From Deltaproteobacteria bacterium (GTDB lineage Bacteria; Myxococcota; Kuafuiibacteriia; Kuafuiibacteriales; Kuafuiibacteriaceae), in contig JAVJQW010000070.1 of the NCBI GenBank assembly GCA_040218735.1, positions 416,001-480,000 of the forward strand: 64,000 nt of DNA. The letters are read 5' to 3'. The position numbers and the translations under genes are program-made. Position 1 is the stretch's first letter. Every line of letters begins with the position of its first letter. Of this stretch, positions 11,344-21,196 are shown piece by piece. Under the pieces are notes generated by a model, which had not been told where the DNA came from, did not search any database, and worked only from the letters and a program-made list of their open reading frames with translations.

Positions 11344-11478
11344 CGCCCCTTTGCATACCGCGCTGCCGTCGATTCCGGCAATCCGATTTTGCGAACGATT
11401 CTCAATTAGCTGGCTTCGAGCGGAGACCGCGCGGTACGTCCGCGCGCTCGCGATCGCGGCGGTCTACCATCGGCCGCG

Positions 11479-12666
11479 GTGCGTCGCGCGGTTGTGCTCC
11501 TCGCCGTGTGCTCGGGCGGCTGCCTGGGGACGCTCAAACACGGTTTCGTCGACACGATCATGGTCGCCGCGGATCGTCCGCGCCCCGGACGGGTGTTCGT
11601 GCGACGCGGTGACGAGACGTTGCGGCTCCTCGCGGGTGACTTCCACTGCCACGTCACCCCGCCGGACGGTCGGCCGCATGTGGTGCGCGAGCTCGACGCG
11701 ACGGTGGAGCTCGCGCGTCAGGAGGGGCTCGACTTCCTCGTGCTGACGCCGCACGTCCGCGCGCGAACGCTTCACCTCCCGGCGGTGCAACGCCGCTTGC
11801 TCGACGCGATGGCCAACGTGCGCGCGGTGCGCGGCGGTCCGGTGCTCATCTTCGGGTTCGAGTACACCGACTTTTCGTACGGGCACGCGGGGATGGCGTT
11901 CGGCGATCTTCCGCGGGCGCTCGAACGTGCGTCCGACGAAGACCCGGCGGCGTTCGTGCGGACCTACCTGGCGAGCGGCGGCATCGCGACGATCAACCAC
12001 CCGCTCCTGCTCCCGGTCGACACGCCGATCGCGGTGTCGACGTGGGATCTTTCGTGGCTGCCGCTGGTGGAGCCGGCGCGGTACCCGCCGGATCTGGAGC
12101 TGATCGATCGGCGCGCGGCGACGTTCGAAGCGTTCAACCTCGCGATCGCGGATCTGCGCGACCGCTTCCTGTTCTTCGATCCCGAGCGATCGATCCGGCG
12201 CGTGCTCGCGGCGTTCGACGACAAGATCCTCCGCGAGCGACGTCGCCTGACCCCGGTCGGCGGGAGCGACACCCACGGTCACCACCTGCGCGCGACGACG
12301 TTCGTCCTCGCGACCTCGAACACCCGCGCGGCGATCGCCGAGGGCGTGCGTCGCGGCCGGACTTGCGTACGGGCGCCGGAGGCGTGTCGCACGATGATAC
12401 GGGTCGATCGGGGCTCCTGGGCGATCGTCGGCGAAGCGCGGTTCGGTCGTGACGTCGAGGTCCGCGCGCCGCGCGGCGCAGAAGTGCTCGTGAACGGCGA
12501 GATCGTGGGCGCGCGGTTCACGGTCGATCCAAAGATCTGTTCGATCGTTCGGACGCAGATCGGGCGCGGCTTCTCGGCGCCGATCTACGTCAACTGCCCG
12601 TTCGCAGCGCGCCGGCCGCGCGCGGGTCTTTTGCCGACAGCTGTCGTACCATCGCCGACGCCCTGA
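11479..12666 (+). CDS. Exported PHP-domain metallohydrolase (CehA/McbA-like)
   Basis: GDFHCH, DG, LDFLVLTPH, GFEY, INHP, FEAFN and GGSDTH PHP metal motifs, with an N-terminal signal. Confidence 0.7.
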   Translation: MRRAVVLLAVCSGGCLGTLKHGFVDTIMVAADRPRPGRVFVRRGDETLRLLAGDFHCHVTPPDGRPHVVRELDATVELARQEGLDFLVLTPHVRARTLHLPAVQRRLLDAMANVRAVRGGPVLIFGFEYTDFSYGHAGMAFGDLPRALERASDEDPAAFVRTYLASGGIATINHPLLLPVDTPIAVSTWDLSWLPLVEPARYPPDLELIDRRAATFEAFNLAIADLRDRFLFFDPERSIRRVLAAFDDKILRERRRLTPVGGSDTHGHHLRATTFVLATSNTRAAIAEGVRRGRTCVRAPEACRTMIRVDRGSWAIVGEARFGRDVEVRAPRGAEVLVNGEIVGARFTVDPKICSIVRTQIGRGFSAPIYVNCPFAARRPRAGLLPTAVVPSPTP

Positions 12667-15563
12667 CGAACGCCACCGACAAGTACGAGCTCGGGGAGCG
12701 CCTCGGCGGAGGCGGCATGGCGGAGGTGTACCGCGGTACCCAGCGCGGCGCCGAGGGCTTCTCGAAGACGGTCGCGGTGAAGCGCGTGCTCCCGGGGTAC
12801 TCGAACGATCCGCAGTTCGCGGAGATGTTCGTGTCGGAGGCGACGATCGCGTCGCGGCTGATGCATCCAAACGTCGTCGCGGTGACGGACTTCGATCGCG
12901 ACACCGCGGGGCGGCTGTTCCTCGTGATGGAGCTCGTCGAGGGGCGCGACCTACGCGCGCTGATGACGACCGGGCGGCTCCCGCCGACGATCGTCGTGTA
13001 CATCGTGTCGGAGCTGTTGCGCGCGCTGGGGTACGCGCACGCGCTGCACCACGACGGGCGCCCCATGCAGATCGTCCACCGCGACGTGTCTCCGCACAAC
13101 GTGCTCGTGTCGTGGGACGGCGCGGTGAAGCTGTCGGACTTCGGCATCGCGAAGGCCGCGGAGGCGAGCCCGGCCACGCGCACCGGCGTGGTGAAGGGCA
13201 AGGCGGCGTACCTGAGCCCGGAGCAGGCGCGCGCGGAGTCGCTCGATCATCGTTCGGATCTGTTCGCGGCTGGGGTGGTGCTCTACGAGCTGCTGACGGA
13301 CAAACGTTTGTTCGCGGTGTCGGGTGGCGCGCGCGAGGCGGTGATCATTCACCGCGTGCTGAACCTCCAGTACCCGTCGCCAGGTGAGATCCACGAAGAC
13401 ATCAGCGAAGCGCTGGACGGTGTGTGCCGATGGTTGCTCGCGCGCGATCGCGACCAGCGCCCGGCGGACGCATTCGAAGCGCTCGACGCGCTGCTCGCGT
13501 GCCCCGAAGCCTCCGCCCGCGGCGCGCGCGGTCTGGCCGAGGTGATGCGCGAGCGCTTCCCGCGCGAGGCCCCGTCGCTCACGACGCCCGCGCACAGCGG
13601 CCCGGTCTACGAGACCCCGTCGAAGCCCCCCGTGGGTGACTTCACGGACAGCGAGATCGACGCGCGCGAGGCGGCTTACAACCTGCGGAGCATCGCCGTG
13701 GATCCCGTGGCGCGCGTGCCGACGAAGACGGAGCCAACGCCCGGCGCGCCGGCGCGGGATGCAGCCGCGGGGTCGTGGGCGCCCAGCCCCGACGCGGGCG
13801 GAGCGGATTCGGGATCAGCCGGCGACCGCGGAGGCGACGCGGTAGAGGCCGGTCGACGAGGGCCGGCATCGGGCTGGGCCGCCGACCGCGGAGGTGATTC
13901 GGTACAGGCCGGTCGACGAGGGCCGGCATCGGGCTGGGCCGCCGACCATGGAGGTGATCCGGTTCAGGCCGGGCGACGAGGGCCAGCATCGGCATCGGCC
14001 GCCGACCGCGGAGGTGATCCGGTAGAGGCCGGGCGACGCGGGCCGGCGCTCGGCCACGCCCCCGGGGCACCGATCGCTGCGGATCACGCGGGCGCCGCGC
14101 CCGCGGACGGCCGAGCCGCTCCAAGGCCCGGCCGCCGAGGGCCTGCGGGCTCGGCCCCCGACGGAGCACAGCGGGCTTTTGGCGACGCGCGCGGTGCGGT
14201 CGCGGAAGGCCAGGCAGCTCCGAACTCCGGCCGCCGAGCGCCTGCGCCGGGCTCGGCCCCTGCCCCCGGCGACACGCACGGAGCGCCGGTGCTGGGCTCG
14301 TCCGCCGGTGCGTCCGGTGCGCCAGGTTACGGCGTGATCGAGAGCGCTTCCGATCCCGGCCGACGGAGTCCGGGGTCGGGCGCCGCCGCACCCGGTTCTG
14401 GTCATGCGCACGGAGCGATGGGACGAGGCCCCGCGGCTCCGAGTCCGGGCCTACGCGGGCCGAGCTCGCCCGCCGATCACCACGGAGCGCCGCCGGCTTC
14501 CGGCGACGCCCACGGCTCGCCCTCCGACCCGCCGGGTGCACGGGCTCTGGGCCCGTCCGATTACGTCGCAGGCGTTCCGGGTCAACGTGCGCAAGCGCCG
14601 GGATCGGCCGCAGGCCCCAACACGCCGTCGTCCGGCGACGCACGCGAGGCGCGCACGCCGAGCTCACCCGCCGACCACGACGGCGCCTCGCCCCTTGGAC
14701 ACGGCGGAGGGTCGCCCCACGACCAAGCGGCGTGGCCCGATCCCGGGGCGGCCGCGCAGAAGGATCGGCACGCCATCGCGAACCTCGCTCCCCCCGCCGG
14801 CGAGCGCGGCGACTCCACGACCACGCCCGTACCAGGCGCTTCCGCCGCGCCGGAGTCGACGGCGGGCGGGCGTCGGTCGGATCGCATCAGCGGGCCGACG
14901 GTGGTCCGCGACGCGTCGCCCGCTTCGCGTTGGCCCGACTCCGCCACGCGCCCGACGGCGCCCGGCTCACTGGTGCCGGGGACCCTCGTCGACTCCGCGC
15001 CGACCCGGCACACGCCGGCACCGATCTCTTCGCCGCCGCGCCGGGCCTGGTGGGCCGCGTTTGTGTTGCTCGCGACCGCGGCCGTCGGGCTCGGGTACCT
15101 GAACTGGCGCACGAACGCGGACGAGCGCACCGCGCCGCAAGCCGACGAGGCCGCCCTGGAACGTGAGGCGCCGAGCCTCGGCGCTGCGCCCGGCCGACGC
15201 GACACATCCGAGGCGCCGAGCGGCCGGGACGAAGCCTCGCCGCGCCCCGCTGCGATCGAGGAAGCCGCGCGCGACGCAGATCGAGACGTGAGCGACGGAG
15301 CGTCCCGCCAACGCGGCACCGCGTCGGGCGGCCGGGATCAGGACCGCTCAGCGAAGGCCGCCGACGCGGCGCAGGACTCGGACGCGACGAAGCGCCCGTC
15401 CTCGGTCACGACGACGAAGAAGCGACCCCATGATGCCGCCTCGTCCACGCGCACGACGCGTCGACGACGACGGACGGAACCGCCGCCCCCGCCCCCGCCG
15501 GAGCCCGCGCCGCCGACGAAGCCGAAGAAAGTCGGTGACGACCTGCTGTCGCCTGACCTTTGA
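12663..15563 (+). CDS. Hanks-type Ser/Thr protein kinase with a long low-complexity linker and one TM helix
   Basis: YELGERLGGGGMAEVY, VAVK, HRDVSPHN, DFGIAK, YLSPEQ. TM WWAAFVLLATAAVGLGYL. Start extended to CTG 12663 because the Gly loop lies upstream of ATG 12717. Confidence 0.88.
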   Translation: MTNATDKYELGERLGGGGMAEVYRGTQRGAEGFSKTVAVKRVLPGYSNDPQFAEMFVSEATIASRLMHPNVVAVTDFDRDTAGRLFLVMELVEGRDLRALMTTGRLPPTIVVYIVSELLRALGYAHALHHDGRPMQIVHRDVSPHNVLVSWDGAVKLSDFGIAKAAEASPATRTGVVKGKAAYLSPEQARAESLDHRSDLFAAGVVLYELLTDKRLFAVSGGAREAVIIHRVLNLQYPSPGEIHEDISEALDGVCRWLLARDRDQRPADAFEALDALLACPEASARGARGLAEVMRERFPREAPSLTTPAHSGPVYETPSKPPVGDFTDSEIDAREAAYNLRSIAVDPVARVPTKTEPTPGAPARDAAAGSWAPSPDAGGADSGSAGDRGGDAVEAGRRGPASGWAADRGGDSVQAGRRGPASGWAADHGGDPVQAGRRGPASASAADRGGDPVEAGRRGPALGHAPGAPIAADHAGAAPADGRAAPRPGRRGPAGSAPDGAQRAFGDARGAVAEGQAAPNSGRRAPAPGSAPAPGDTHGAPVLGSSAGASGAPGYGVIESASDPGRRSPGSGAAAPGSGHAHGAMGRGPAAPSPGLRGPSSPADHHGAPPASGDAHGSPSDPPGARALGPSDYVAGVPGQRAQAPGSAAGPNTPSSGDAREARTPSSPADHDGASPLGHGGGSPHDQAAWPDPGAAAQKDRHAIANLAPPAGERGDSTTTPVPGASAAPESTAGGRRSDRISGPTVVRDASPASRWPDSATRPTAPGSLVPGTLVDSAPTRHTPAPISSPPRRAWWAAFVLLATAAVGLGYLNWRTNADERTAPQADEAALEREAPSLGAAPGRRDTSEAPSGRDEASPRPAAIEEAARDADRDVSDGASRQRGTASGGRDQDRSAKAADAAQDSDATKRPSSVTTTKKRPHDAASSTRTTRRRRRTEPPPPPPPEPAPPTKPKKVGDDLLSPDL
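13818..14050 (+). repeat. Intragenic tandem repeat, 60-bp period, ~4 imperfect copies
   Basis: Lines 13801/13861/13921/13981 align in register (gccgaccgcggaggtga...ggccgg.cgacgagggcc.gcatcgg). They encode the 20-aa unit ADRGGDxVxAGRRGPASGWA. Confidence 0.9.
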
Positions 15564-16549
15564 TGCCGCGCGCGATGCGCCGCTTGGTCACCATCGTCGC
15601 GTTCGCGCTCGTGTTCACCGCAGGCCCCGCTCACGCCGACAAGAGCGCGGCGAAGGACCACTACGAGCGCGGGACCCGCGCCTACAACCTCGGCCGCTTC
15701 GACCAGGCCATCGACCACTTCGCGCGCGCCTACGAGGCGCACCCCTCGCCCGTGTTCCTCTTCAACATCGCGCAGGCGCACCGGCTCGCCGGGCACTGCG
15801 AAAAGGCCGCGTTCTTCTACCGACGCTACCTCTCGGAGGAGCCGGATTCACCGGCGCGCGCGGAGATCGACGGTCACCTCCGCACCCTCGCCGACTGCGC
15901 CCAGGAGGAACCGAAGGCTCCGCCCCCCGCGCCACCACCGCCTCCGCCCGAGTCCACGTCGCCCAAGGCTGCTTCGCCCGTGTCCACGTCGACGCGCCCT
16001 GCGCCACCGCCCACACCGCCGCCCGCAGCGCCCTGGATCGAGCTGCGGCTCGAGGGCGGCGCGGCGTTCCTCTCGCTCGGCGACGTCGACGTTCCGGTCC
16101 AGGCCGCCGCCGCGGTCGCGGTCGGGCACCCCTTCCGGTTCGACGCGCTCAGCGTCACGCCCGCTGTGTTCGCGCAGTTCACCTCCGTGCCGTACGAAGG
16201 CGGGTCCTCCGGCACCGCGCTGCTCTTCGGGGTGGGGGCCGGCGCTGACGTTCGTTACCACCTCGGCGAGCGTGTCGCGTTACGCGGCGGCGTCGGGCTC
16301 GGCGTGTTGCTGTTGTCCGGCCTCGAAGAAGGCAACCCGATCACGCGCGACGGCAACCCCGCGACCGGCGCGCTGTCCTTGATCACCGCGCGCGGCCAGC
16401 TCGGGCTCGACGTGTTCTTCAACGAGCGCGTCGCGCTCGCGATCACTCCGGTGTCGGTGGGGTTCAGCCCTCGCCGCGAAGACTTCGCCGACGGCGTGAA
16501 GCGCGTCCTCCGCTTCGAGCTGTTGGGCGGCCTCGTCGTGTTCCTGTGA
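15560..16549 (+). CDS. Secreted TPR protein with a C-terminal outer-membrane beta-barrel-like domain
   Basis: Signal peptide (AHA-D), AKDHYERG..AYNLG...FARAYE...LFNIAQAHR TPR, Pro linker, amphipathic strands ending in GLVVFL. Overlaps the kinase stop. Confidence 0.72.
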   Translation: MMPRAMRRLVTIVAFALVFTAGPAHADKSAAKDHYERGTRAYNLGRFDQAIDHFARAYEAHPSPVFLFNIAQAHRLAGHCEKAAFFYRRYLSEEPDSPARAEIDGHLRTLADCAQEEPKAPPPAPPPPPPESTSPKAASPVSTSTRPAPPPTPPPAAPWIELRLEGGAAFLSLGDVDVPVQAAAAVAVGHPFRFDALSVTPAVFAQFTSVPYEGGSSGTALLFGVGAGADVRYHLGERVALRGGVGLGVLLLSGLEEGNPITRDGNPATGALSLITARGQLGLDVFFNERVALAITPVSVGFSPRREDFADGVKRVLRFELLGGLVVFL

Positions 16550-16567
16550 ACCGACGCGAACCGTGGG

Positions 16568-17131
16568 CTACCTCGACGACAGCGGTCCGACCGTCGAAGT
16601 CTGCGTCACGGCGAGTGTGTAGAAACGGACGACGCGCTCGCGCTCCTCGACGCGGCCCGTCGGGAACTGCGCCGCGAACAGCGCGTTCTTGAGGCACTCC
16701 CCAGCGAGCTCGATGGCGCCGTTGGCGCTCGGGTCGATCGGTTCCGGCACCTTCCGCACGACGATCGCGCAGACCAGCCCCGCTGGATCCACGCCGTACC
16801 CGACGCGGTAGCCGAGCGGCTCGAAGGCGACGCCTGCGTCCGCGAGGCTCGAGCGGTAGACCTCACGGCACGTGTTGGCGCCCTTCCCCATCGCGGCCTC
16901 GACCTCGGCGTCCGTGATCCGATCACCGAACGTCTTGCGCTCCGCTTCGTAGGCCGGCTCGGTGAGGCGCGTCGTCACGCCAACGCAGGGGTCGCGCCCC
17001 TTCGGCGGCATGTGCACGGCCTCGGCCCGCATGATGCGCTGCGCTTCGGCGGCGCGTGCGTCGAGGTCGGCCTGGCTCGGGCCAGCGCACGACGCGGCGA
17101 GCAGGCAGAGGATCAGTCCGCGGCGTCCCAT
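16568..17131 (-). CDS. Hypothetical lipoprotein (possible AgmX/PglI- or TonB-C-like fold)
   Basis: MGRRGLILCLLAASC lipobox, 'GVDPAG.V' and 'ECL..AL....FP' motifs. Overlaps the cysS 3' end. Confidence 0.55.
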   Translation of the reverse strand: MGRRGLILCLLAASCAGPSQADLDARAAEAQRIMRAEAVHMPPKGRDPCVGVTTRLTEPAYEAERKTFGDRITDAEVEAAMGKGANTCREVYRSSLADAGVAFEPLGYRVGYGVDPAGLVCAIVVRKVPEPIDPSANGAIELAGECLKNALFAAQFPTGRVEERERVVRFYTLAVTQTSTVGPLSSR

Positions 17132-18678
17132 GTCGTTCCGTCCTTCCCGTCCTTGAGGATGATGCCCTTCGCCTTCAGCTCGTCGCGGATCTCGTCGGCG
17201 CGCTTGAAGTCTTTCTTCGCGCGCGCCTCCTTCCGCTCCTCGATGAACGCCTCGATCTGCGCGGGTGTCAGCTGCAGCGACGACGACCGCGCGAGCTTTC
17301 GGCGCTCGAGGTAGGCCTTCGGTTCGGCCTGCCACAGACCGAGCACGTCCCCCATCTGTCGAAGGATGACGCGCGCCTCCGCGAGGAGCCGGCTGGTGTT
17401 CTCCGGCGACAGCACTTCGCCAATCCGCGCCTTCTCCTGGCCGTGGATGAGCTCGTTCGCGATGTGAAAGACCTCGGCCGCCTCCGCGAGCGCGCGCGGC
17501 GTGTTGAAGTCGTCGTTCATCGCGTCGGTGAAGCGCGCCCACGGGTCCACGTCGAACGTGGCCGCGAGGTTCTTGCCGGGCACGAACGTCTGCTCGTTCG
17601 TGAACGCGTCCATCGCTTCGAGCGTCTCGTAGTTCTTGTCGAGGCGCTTCTCGGCGGCGTCGAGCAGGTCGTGGGAGAACGCGATCGGCGAACGGTACTG
17701 GCTCGTGAGGAAGAGCATCCGCAGCGCTTCGCCCTCGTACTGCGCGAGCATCTCGCGCACGGGGTAGAAGTTGCCGCGGGACTTCGACATCTTGAAGTCC
17801 ATCTCCGTGAACGTGTAGCCGCACGCGCAGTGGTGCCCGGACTCCGGGATCTTCTCGAGCTCCTTGTCGCACCCGGGGCACTTCTCGGGCATCAGGTTCA
17901 CGAAGCCGTTGTGCATCCAGATGTTCGCCATCAGCTCCGTGCCGTTGGCGGCGCAGGACTGGGCGAGCTCGTTTTCGTGGTGCGGGAAGACGAGGTCCTT
18001 GCCGCCCGCGTGGATGTCGAAGACCTCGCCGAGGTACTTGCCGCTCATGGCCGAGCACTCGATGTGCCAGCCGGGACGGCCCTTGCCCCACGGTGAGTCC
18101 CACGACGGCTCGCCCGGCTTGGCCGACTTCCACAGCGCGAAGTCGGCGGCGGCGCGTTTGCGGGTGTCCACCGCGACGCGGGCGCCCTCTTCCTGCTCGT
18201 CGAGCTTGCGCCCGGAGAGCGCGCCGTAGGCTTCGTACTTCGCGACTTCGAAGTAGACGTCGCCGTCGACGTCGTACGCGAAGCCCTTTGCGATCAGCGT
18301 CTCGATCATCGCGACGATCTCGGCGATGTGGGTCGTGACTCGCGGCTCGATGTTGGGCTCGAGGCAGCCGAGCTCCGACATGTCCGAAGAGAACTGCGCG
18401 ATGAAGCGGTTCGTGACCTCGTCGGTCGTCTCGCCGTTGGCGTTCGCGGCCTTGATGATCTTGTCGTCGACGTCCGTGAAGTTGCGGACGTAGGTGACGA
18501 GATACTGGGTCTTGAGCCAGCGATAGACGACGTCGAAGGCGACGTAACAGCGGCCGTGGCCGATGTGCGTCGGGGCGTAGACGGTGACGCCACAGACGTA
18601 CATGCGAACCTTGCCCGGTTCGAGCGGGTTGAAGTCGACTTTCTCCCGAGTGCGGGTATCGAAGACTCTCAGGCCCAT
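17113..18678 (-). CDS. cysS: Cysteine--tRNA ligase
   Basis: MYVCGVTVY, HIGH, DFALWK, PGWHIECSAM, DIHAGGKDLVFPHHENE, KMSKS, DDFNTP. Confidence 0.97.
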   Translation of the reverse strand: MGLRVFDTRTREKVDFNPLEPGKVRMYVCGVTVYAPTHIGHGRCYVAFDVVYRWLKTQYLVTYVRNFTDVDDKIIKAANANGETTDEVTNRFIAQFSSDMSELGCLEPNIEPRVTTHIAEIVAMIETLIAKGFAYDVDGDVYFEVAKYEAYGALSGRKLDEQEEGARVAVDTRKRAAADFALWKSAKPGEPSWDSPWGKGRPGWHIECSAMSGKYLGEVFDIHAGGKDLVFPHHENELAQSCAANGTELMANIWMHNGFVNLMPEKCPGCDKELEKIPESGHHCACGYTFTEMDFKMSKSRGNFYPVREMLAQYEGEALRMLFLTSQYRSPIAFSHDLLDAAEKRLDKNYETLEAMDAFTNEQTFVPGKNLAATFDVDPWARFTDAMNDDFNTPRALAEAAEVFHIANELIHGQEKARIGEVLSPENTSRLLAEARVILRQMGDVLGLWQAEPKAYLERRKLARSSSLQLTPAQIEAFIEERKEARAKKDFKRADEIRDELKAKGIILKDGKDGTTWDAAD

Positions 18679-18821
18679 CGCCGCCCCCGTATGTCACGGG
18701 CGCAGGTGATTGTCCGCAGTGATTTCGCGCGGTGCCGAAGGGCACAAACGCGAAAACGCGGGCGCCCCGTCCGGAGCACCCGCGTCATCGGCGATTCACT
18801 TTCGATCCGTGGCGCAGCGTT

Positions 18822-19307
18822 CTACGCGTGGAAGATCTGTGTGAACTCCGCTTCGACTTCTTCTTCGCCCATGTCGCGCGCGATGGAGAGCTCCTTCACG
18901 AGGAGCGACTTGGCCGTGTCGAGCATCTTGCGCTCGCCGAACGACAGGTCCTTGTCGTTCTTGAGCAGGTACAGGTCACGAAGGACCTCGGCGATCTGCT
19001 TCGGATCTCCGCTGTCGATCTTGTCCTTGTACTCGCGGTAGCGGCGGTTCCACGTGGTCGACTCGACGGAAATCTCCTTCTCTCGAAGGACGTCGAAGAC
19101 CTCGTCGACTTCGCCGGGGCTCATGATCTCTCGGAGCCCATTGGCACCCGTCGGGATCATCACCTTCACGCCGTTGTCGAGGATGCGCAGGATGTAAAAC
19201 GTCTGCTTGTCTCCTCCGACCTCGTGGCTTTCGATCCCCGTGACTTCCGCCACGCCGTGTGCCGGATAAACGGCTTTGTCACCAACCTGGAAAGGCAAAC
19301 TCTGCAT
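18822..19307 (-). CDS. CarD/CdnL-family RNA polymerase-binding regulator
   Basis: FQVGDKAVYPAHGVAEV, TWNRRYRE, LSFGERKMLD. No HMGA tail, so CdnL-like. Confidence 0.92.
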   Translation of the reverse strand: MQSLPFQVGDKAVYPAHGVAEVTGIESHEVGGDKQTFYILRILDNGVKVMIPTGANGLREIMSPGEVDEVFDVLREKEISVESTTWNRRYREYKDKIDSGDPKQIAEVLRDLYLLKNDKDLSFGERKMLDTAKSLLVKELSIARDMGEEEVEAEFTQIFHA

Positions 19308-19542
19308 TCAATGCCTCCGTGAACGCCGAGCCTGTGCAGGATGCATGAAAGCACCCCAAACGTACGGCTGACGTCCGAATCGAGCGGTGGGCCAACGCTC
19401 TGGAACTATTGCGAAAACTACGCTTTTTAGGGCGTCCCTTGCCTCGATAGCGTTCTTGGGATTCCGTGCTCGACATCACCCAAGAAGCGGCGGCACCGTA
19501 ACACGCTGCGTTGGATCTGTAAAGCAAATCGGGGGCAGCGAC

Positions 19543-19571
19543 TTGACACAGGATCGGACATTCGATAGGGT
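19543..19571 (+). promoter_or_regulatory. Putative sigma70 promoter for the TolC-family gene
   Basis: TTGACA (19543-19548), 17-bp spacer, TAGGGT (19566-19571), in an AT-richer intergenic region. Confidence 0.5.
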
Positions 19572-19650
19572 CCGCGACCTTTTGCGATTCACGCTTTAAG
19601 CGTCCGGAAACATTGGTGTTTTCCTGTCACCAGTTTCTTGCGGTTGCGGT

Positions 19651-21186
19651 GTGACATGCCAACATCAGCGGGTGGTGCCCCATCATCCAGCTGACCGACA
19701 GCGGCGCCAAGCGCCGTGTGGGTGGGTGACCGCGCGACATTCTGCCCTCGTCCCCGCCCTCCCCGGCGTGCTCGTCGCCCTGATCGGGATCCTGGACGCT
19801 CCGAGCGCCCTCGCCGATCCCGGCCCGGTGACGATCCGCCTCGAAGAGGCGTACCAGCGCGCCGAAGCCCGATCCCCCGAGGTTCGGATCCTGGCCGTGC
19901 GGGTGGAGGAGGCCGAGGTCCAGGTGAAGAAGGCTTGGGCGATCCTCAAGCCGCAGTGGACCGCGTCCTACACGTTCACGCACCTCGAGCCGGGGCCACC
20001 CGCGATCACGTTCCCCGAGCCGCTGAACTTCAACACACCCGCGATCCGGGACAACTGCGTCCAGGGCGCCAACTCGCAGATGCTGGACGGCTGCCTCGCG
20101 GGGCTCGTCGACGAGCTCAACCGTGTCGCCAACGCCCCGCCGCGACAGCTCGACTTCGCGCGACAGAACACCCACCAGTTCAGCACCCGCGTCGTCTGGA
20201 ATCCACTGAATGGAAGCGCGATTCCGATCCTGAAGAACGCCAACGCCAACGTGGAGCGCGAAGCGCAGCAGCGCTCGGCGCGGATCGCCGAGCTCCGGCT
20301 CGTCGTCGCCCGTACCTACTACGCGGCGCTCGCCACGCAGGAGGCGCTGCACGCCGCCGAGCGTGCGGAGGCCCGCGCGGCGGAGGAGCTCGCTCTGACA
20401 CAGGCGCGCGAGGAGCTCGGTGACCGTCCGCCGCTGCTCGCCGAGGGCATTCGCATCGCGGCGACGCAGGCGAGGATCGACACCCGCCGTGCGAAGAACG
20501 CCCACGCGCAGGCGCTGCTCGCGCTCGCGCTCGTGACCTTCTCCGACGACCGCCCCGACGTCGTGTGGCCCGACGCCCTCCCCGAGCGACCGCCCGGATC
20601 GGGCGAGGCGCTCCTCACGCGCGCGCGCCGTCGCCCCGACGTCGCGGCGGCGCTGACGACCGTGCAGATCGCGGAGCGCGCCGAGTCGGAGGTGTGGTGG
20701 CGGTTCGTCCCGACGGTCGGCGTGTTCGGGGGCTATCGACTGTCGAACGTCCCCGGGATCACGGGCCAGCGGGATCAGTGGTCGGTCGGTCTCGCGGCGA
20801 CGGTGACGCTCTACGACGGTGGGCTTCGCTACGCGGACCTCGACCTCGCGCGGAAGCGCCGCGAGAGCGCGCAGCTCGCGCTGGAGGCCATTCGGCTGCG
20901 CGCGGCCGCCGACGTCGAGCGGGCCGAGCTCGATCTGGAAGCCGCCGACCTCGCCTTCGATCGCGCCGAGCAGGCGGTCCGACTCGCACGCCAGAACCTG
21001 GAGCTGTCGCGAGCGCGCTTCGAAGTGGGCGCCCTACGCCCAGCGGAGCTGCAAGCCGCGAACGACGGCGTGCTCGACGCGGAGATCGCCGTCGCCCGGG
21101 CCCGCGCGGAACGCGCCCTCGCGATCCTCGGCATGCGGCACGCGGTGGGCCTCGACGCCTCAGGTGTCGGCGAAGACGTCGAGTGA
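19651..21186 (+). CDS. TolC-family outer membrane efflux protein
   Basis: Two OEP-like repeats (LEEAYQRAEARSP; RRPDV; TLYDGG; ARFEVG). The true start may be GTG 19726. Confidence 0.85.
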   Translation: MTCQHQRVVPHHPADRQRRQAPCGWVTARHSALVPALPGVLVALIGILDAPSALADPGPVTIRLEEAYQRAEARSPEVRILAVRVEEAEVQVKKAWAILKPQWTASYTFTHLEPGPPAITFPEPLNFNTPAIRDNCVQGANSQMLDGCLAGLVDELNRVANAPPRQLDFARQNTHQFSTRVVWNPLNGSAIPILKNANANVEREAQQRSARIAELRLVVARTYYAALATQEALHAAERAEARAAEELALTQAREELGDRPPLLAEGIRIAATQARIDTRRAKNAHAQALLALALVTFSDDRPDVVWPDALPERPPGSGEALLTRARRRPDVAAALTTVQIAERAESEVWWRFVPTVGVFGGYRLSNVPGITGQRDQWSVGLAATVTLYDGGLRYADLDLARKRRESAQLALEAIRLRAAADVERAELDLEAADLAFDRAEQAVRLARQNLELSRARFEVGALRPAELQAANDGVLDAEIAVARARAERALAILGMRHAVGLDASGVGEDVE

Positions 21187-21196
21187 CGAACCCGCG

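Noticed and set aside
13818-14050. Regularly spaced repeats resembling a CRISPR array
   Set aside because: The units are contiguous 60-bp in-frame coding repeats with no unique spacers, and no cas genes are nearby.
16568-18745. 725-aa ORF overlapping cysS on the same strand
   Set aside because: Only the last ~187 aa (from ATG 17131, with lipobox) look real. The rest is an off-frame read of cysS.
19310-19650. tRNA or known ncRNA in the largest intergenic gap
   Set aside because: No cloverleaf, T-loop (GTTCGA-type) context or CCA end could be identified. The region is explained by divergent promoters.
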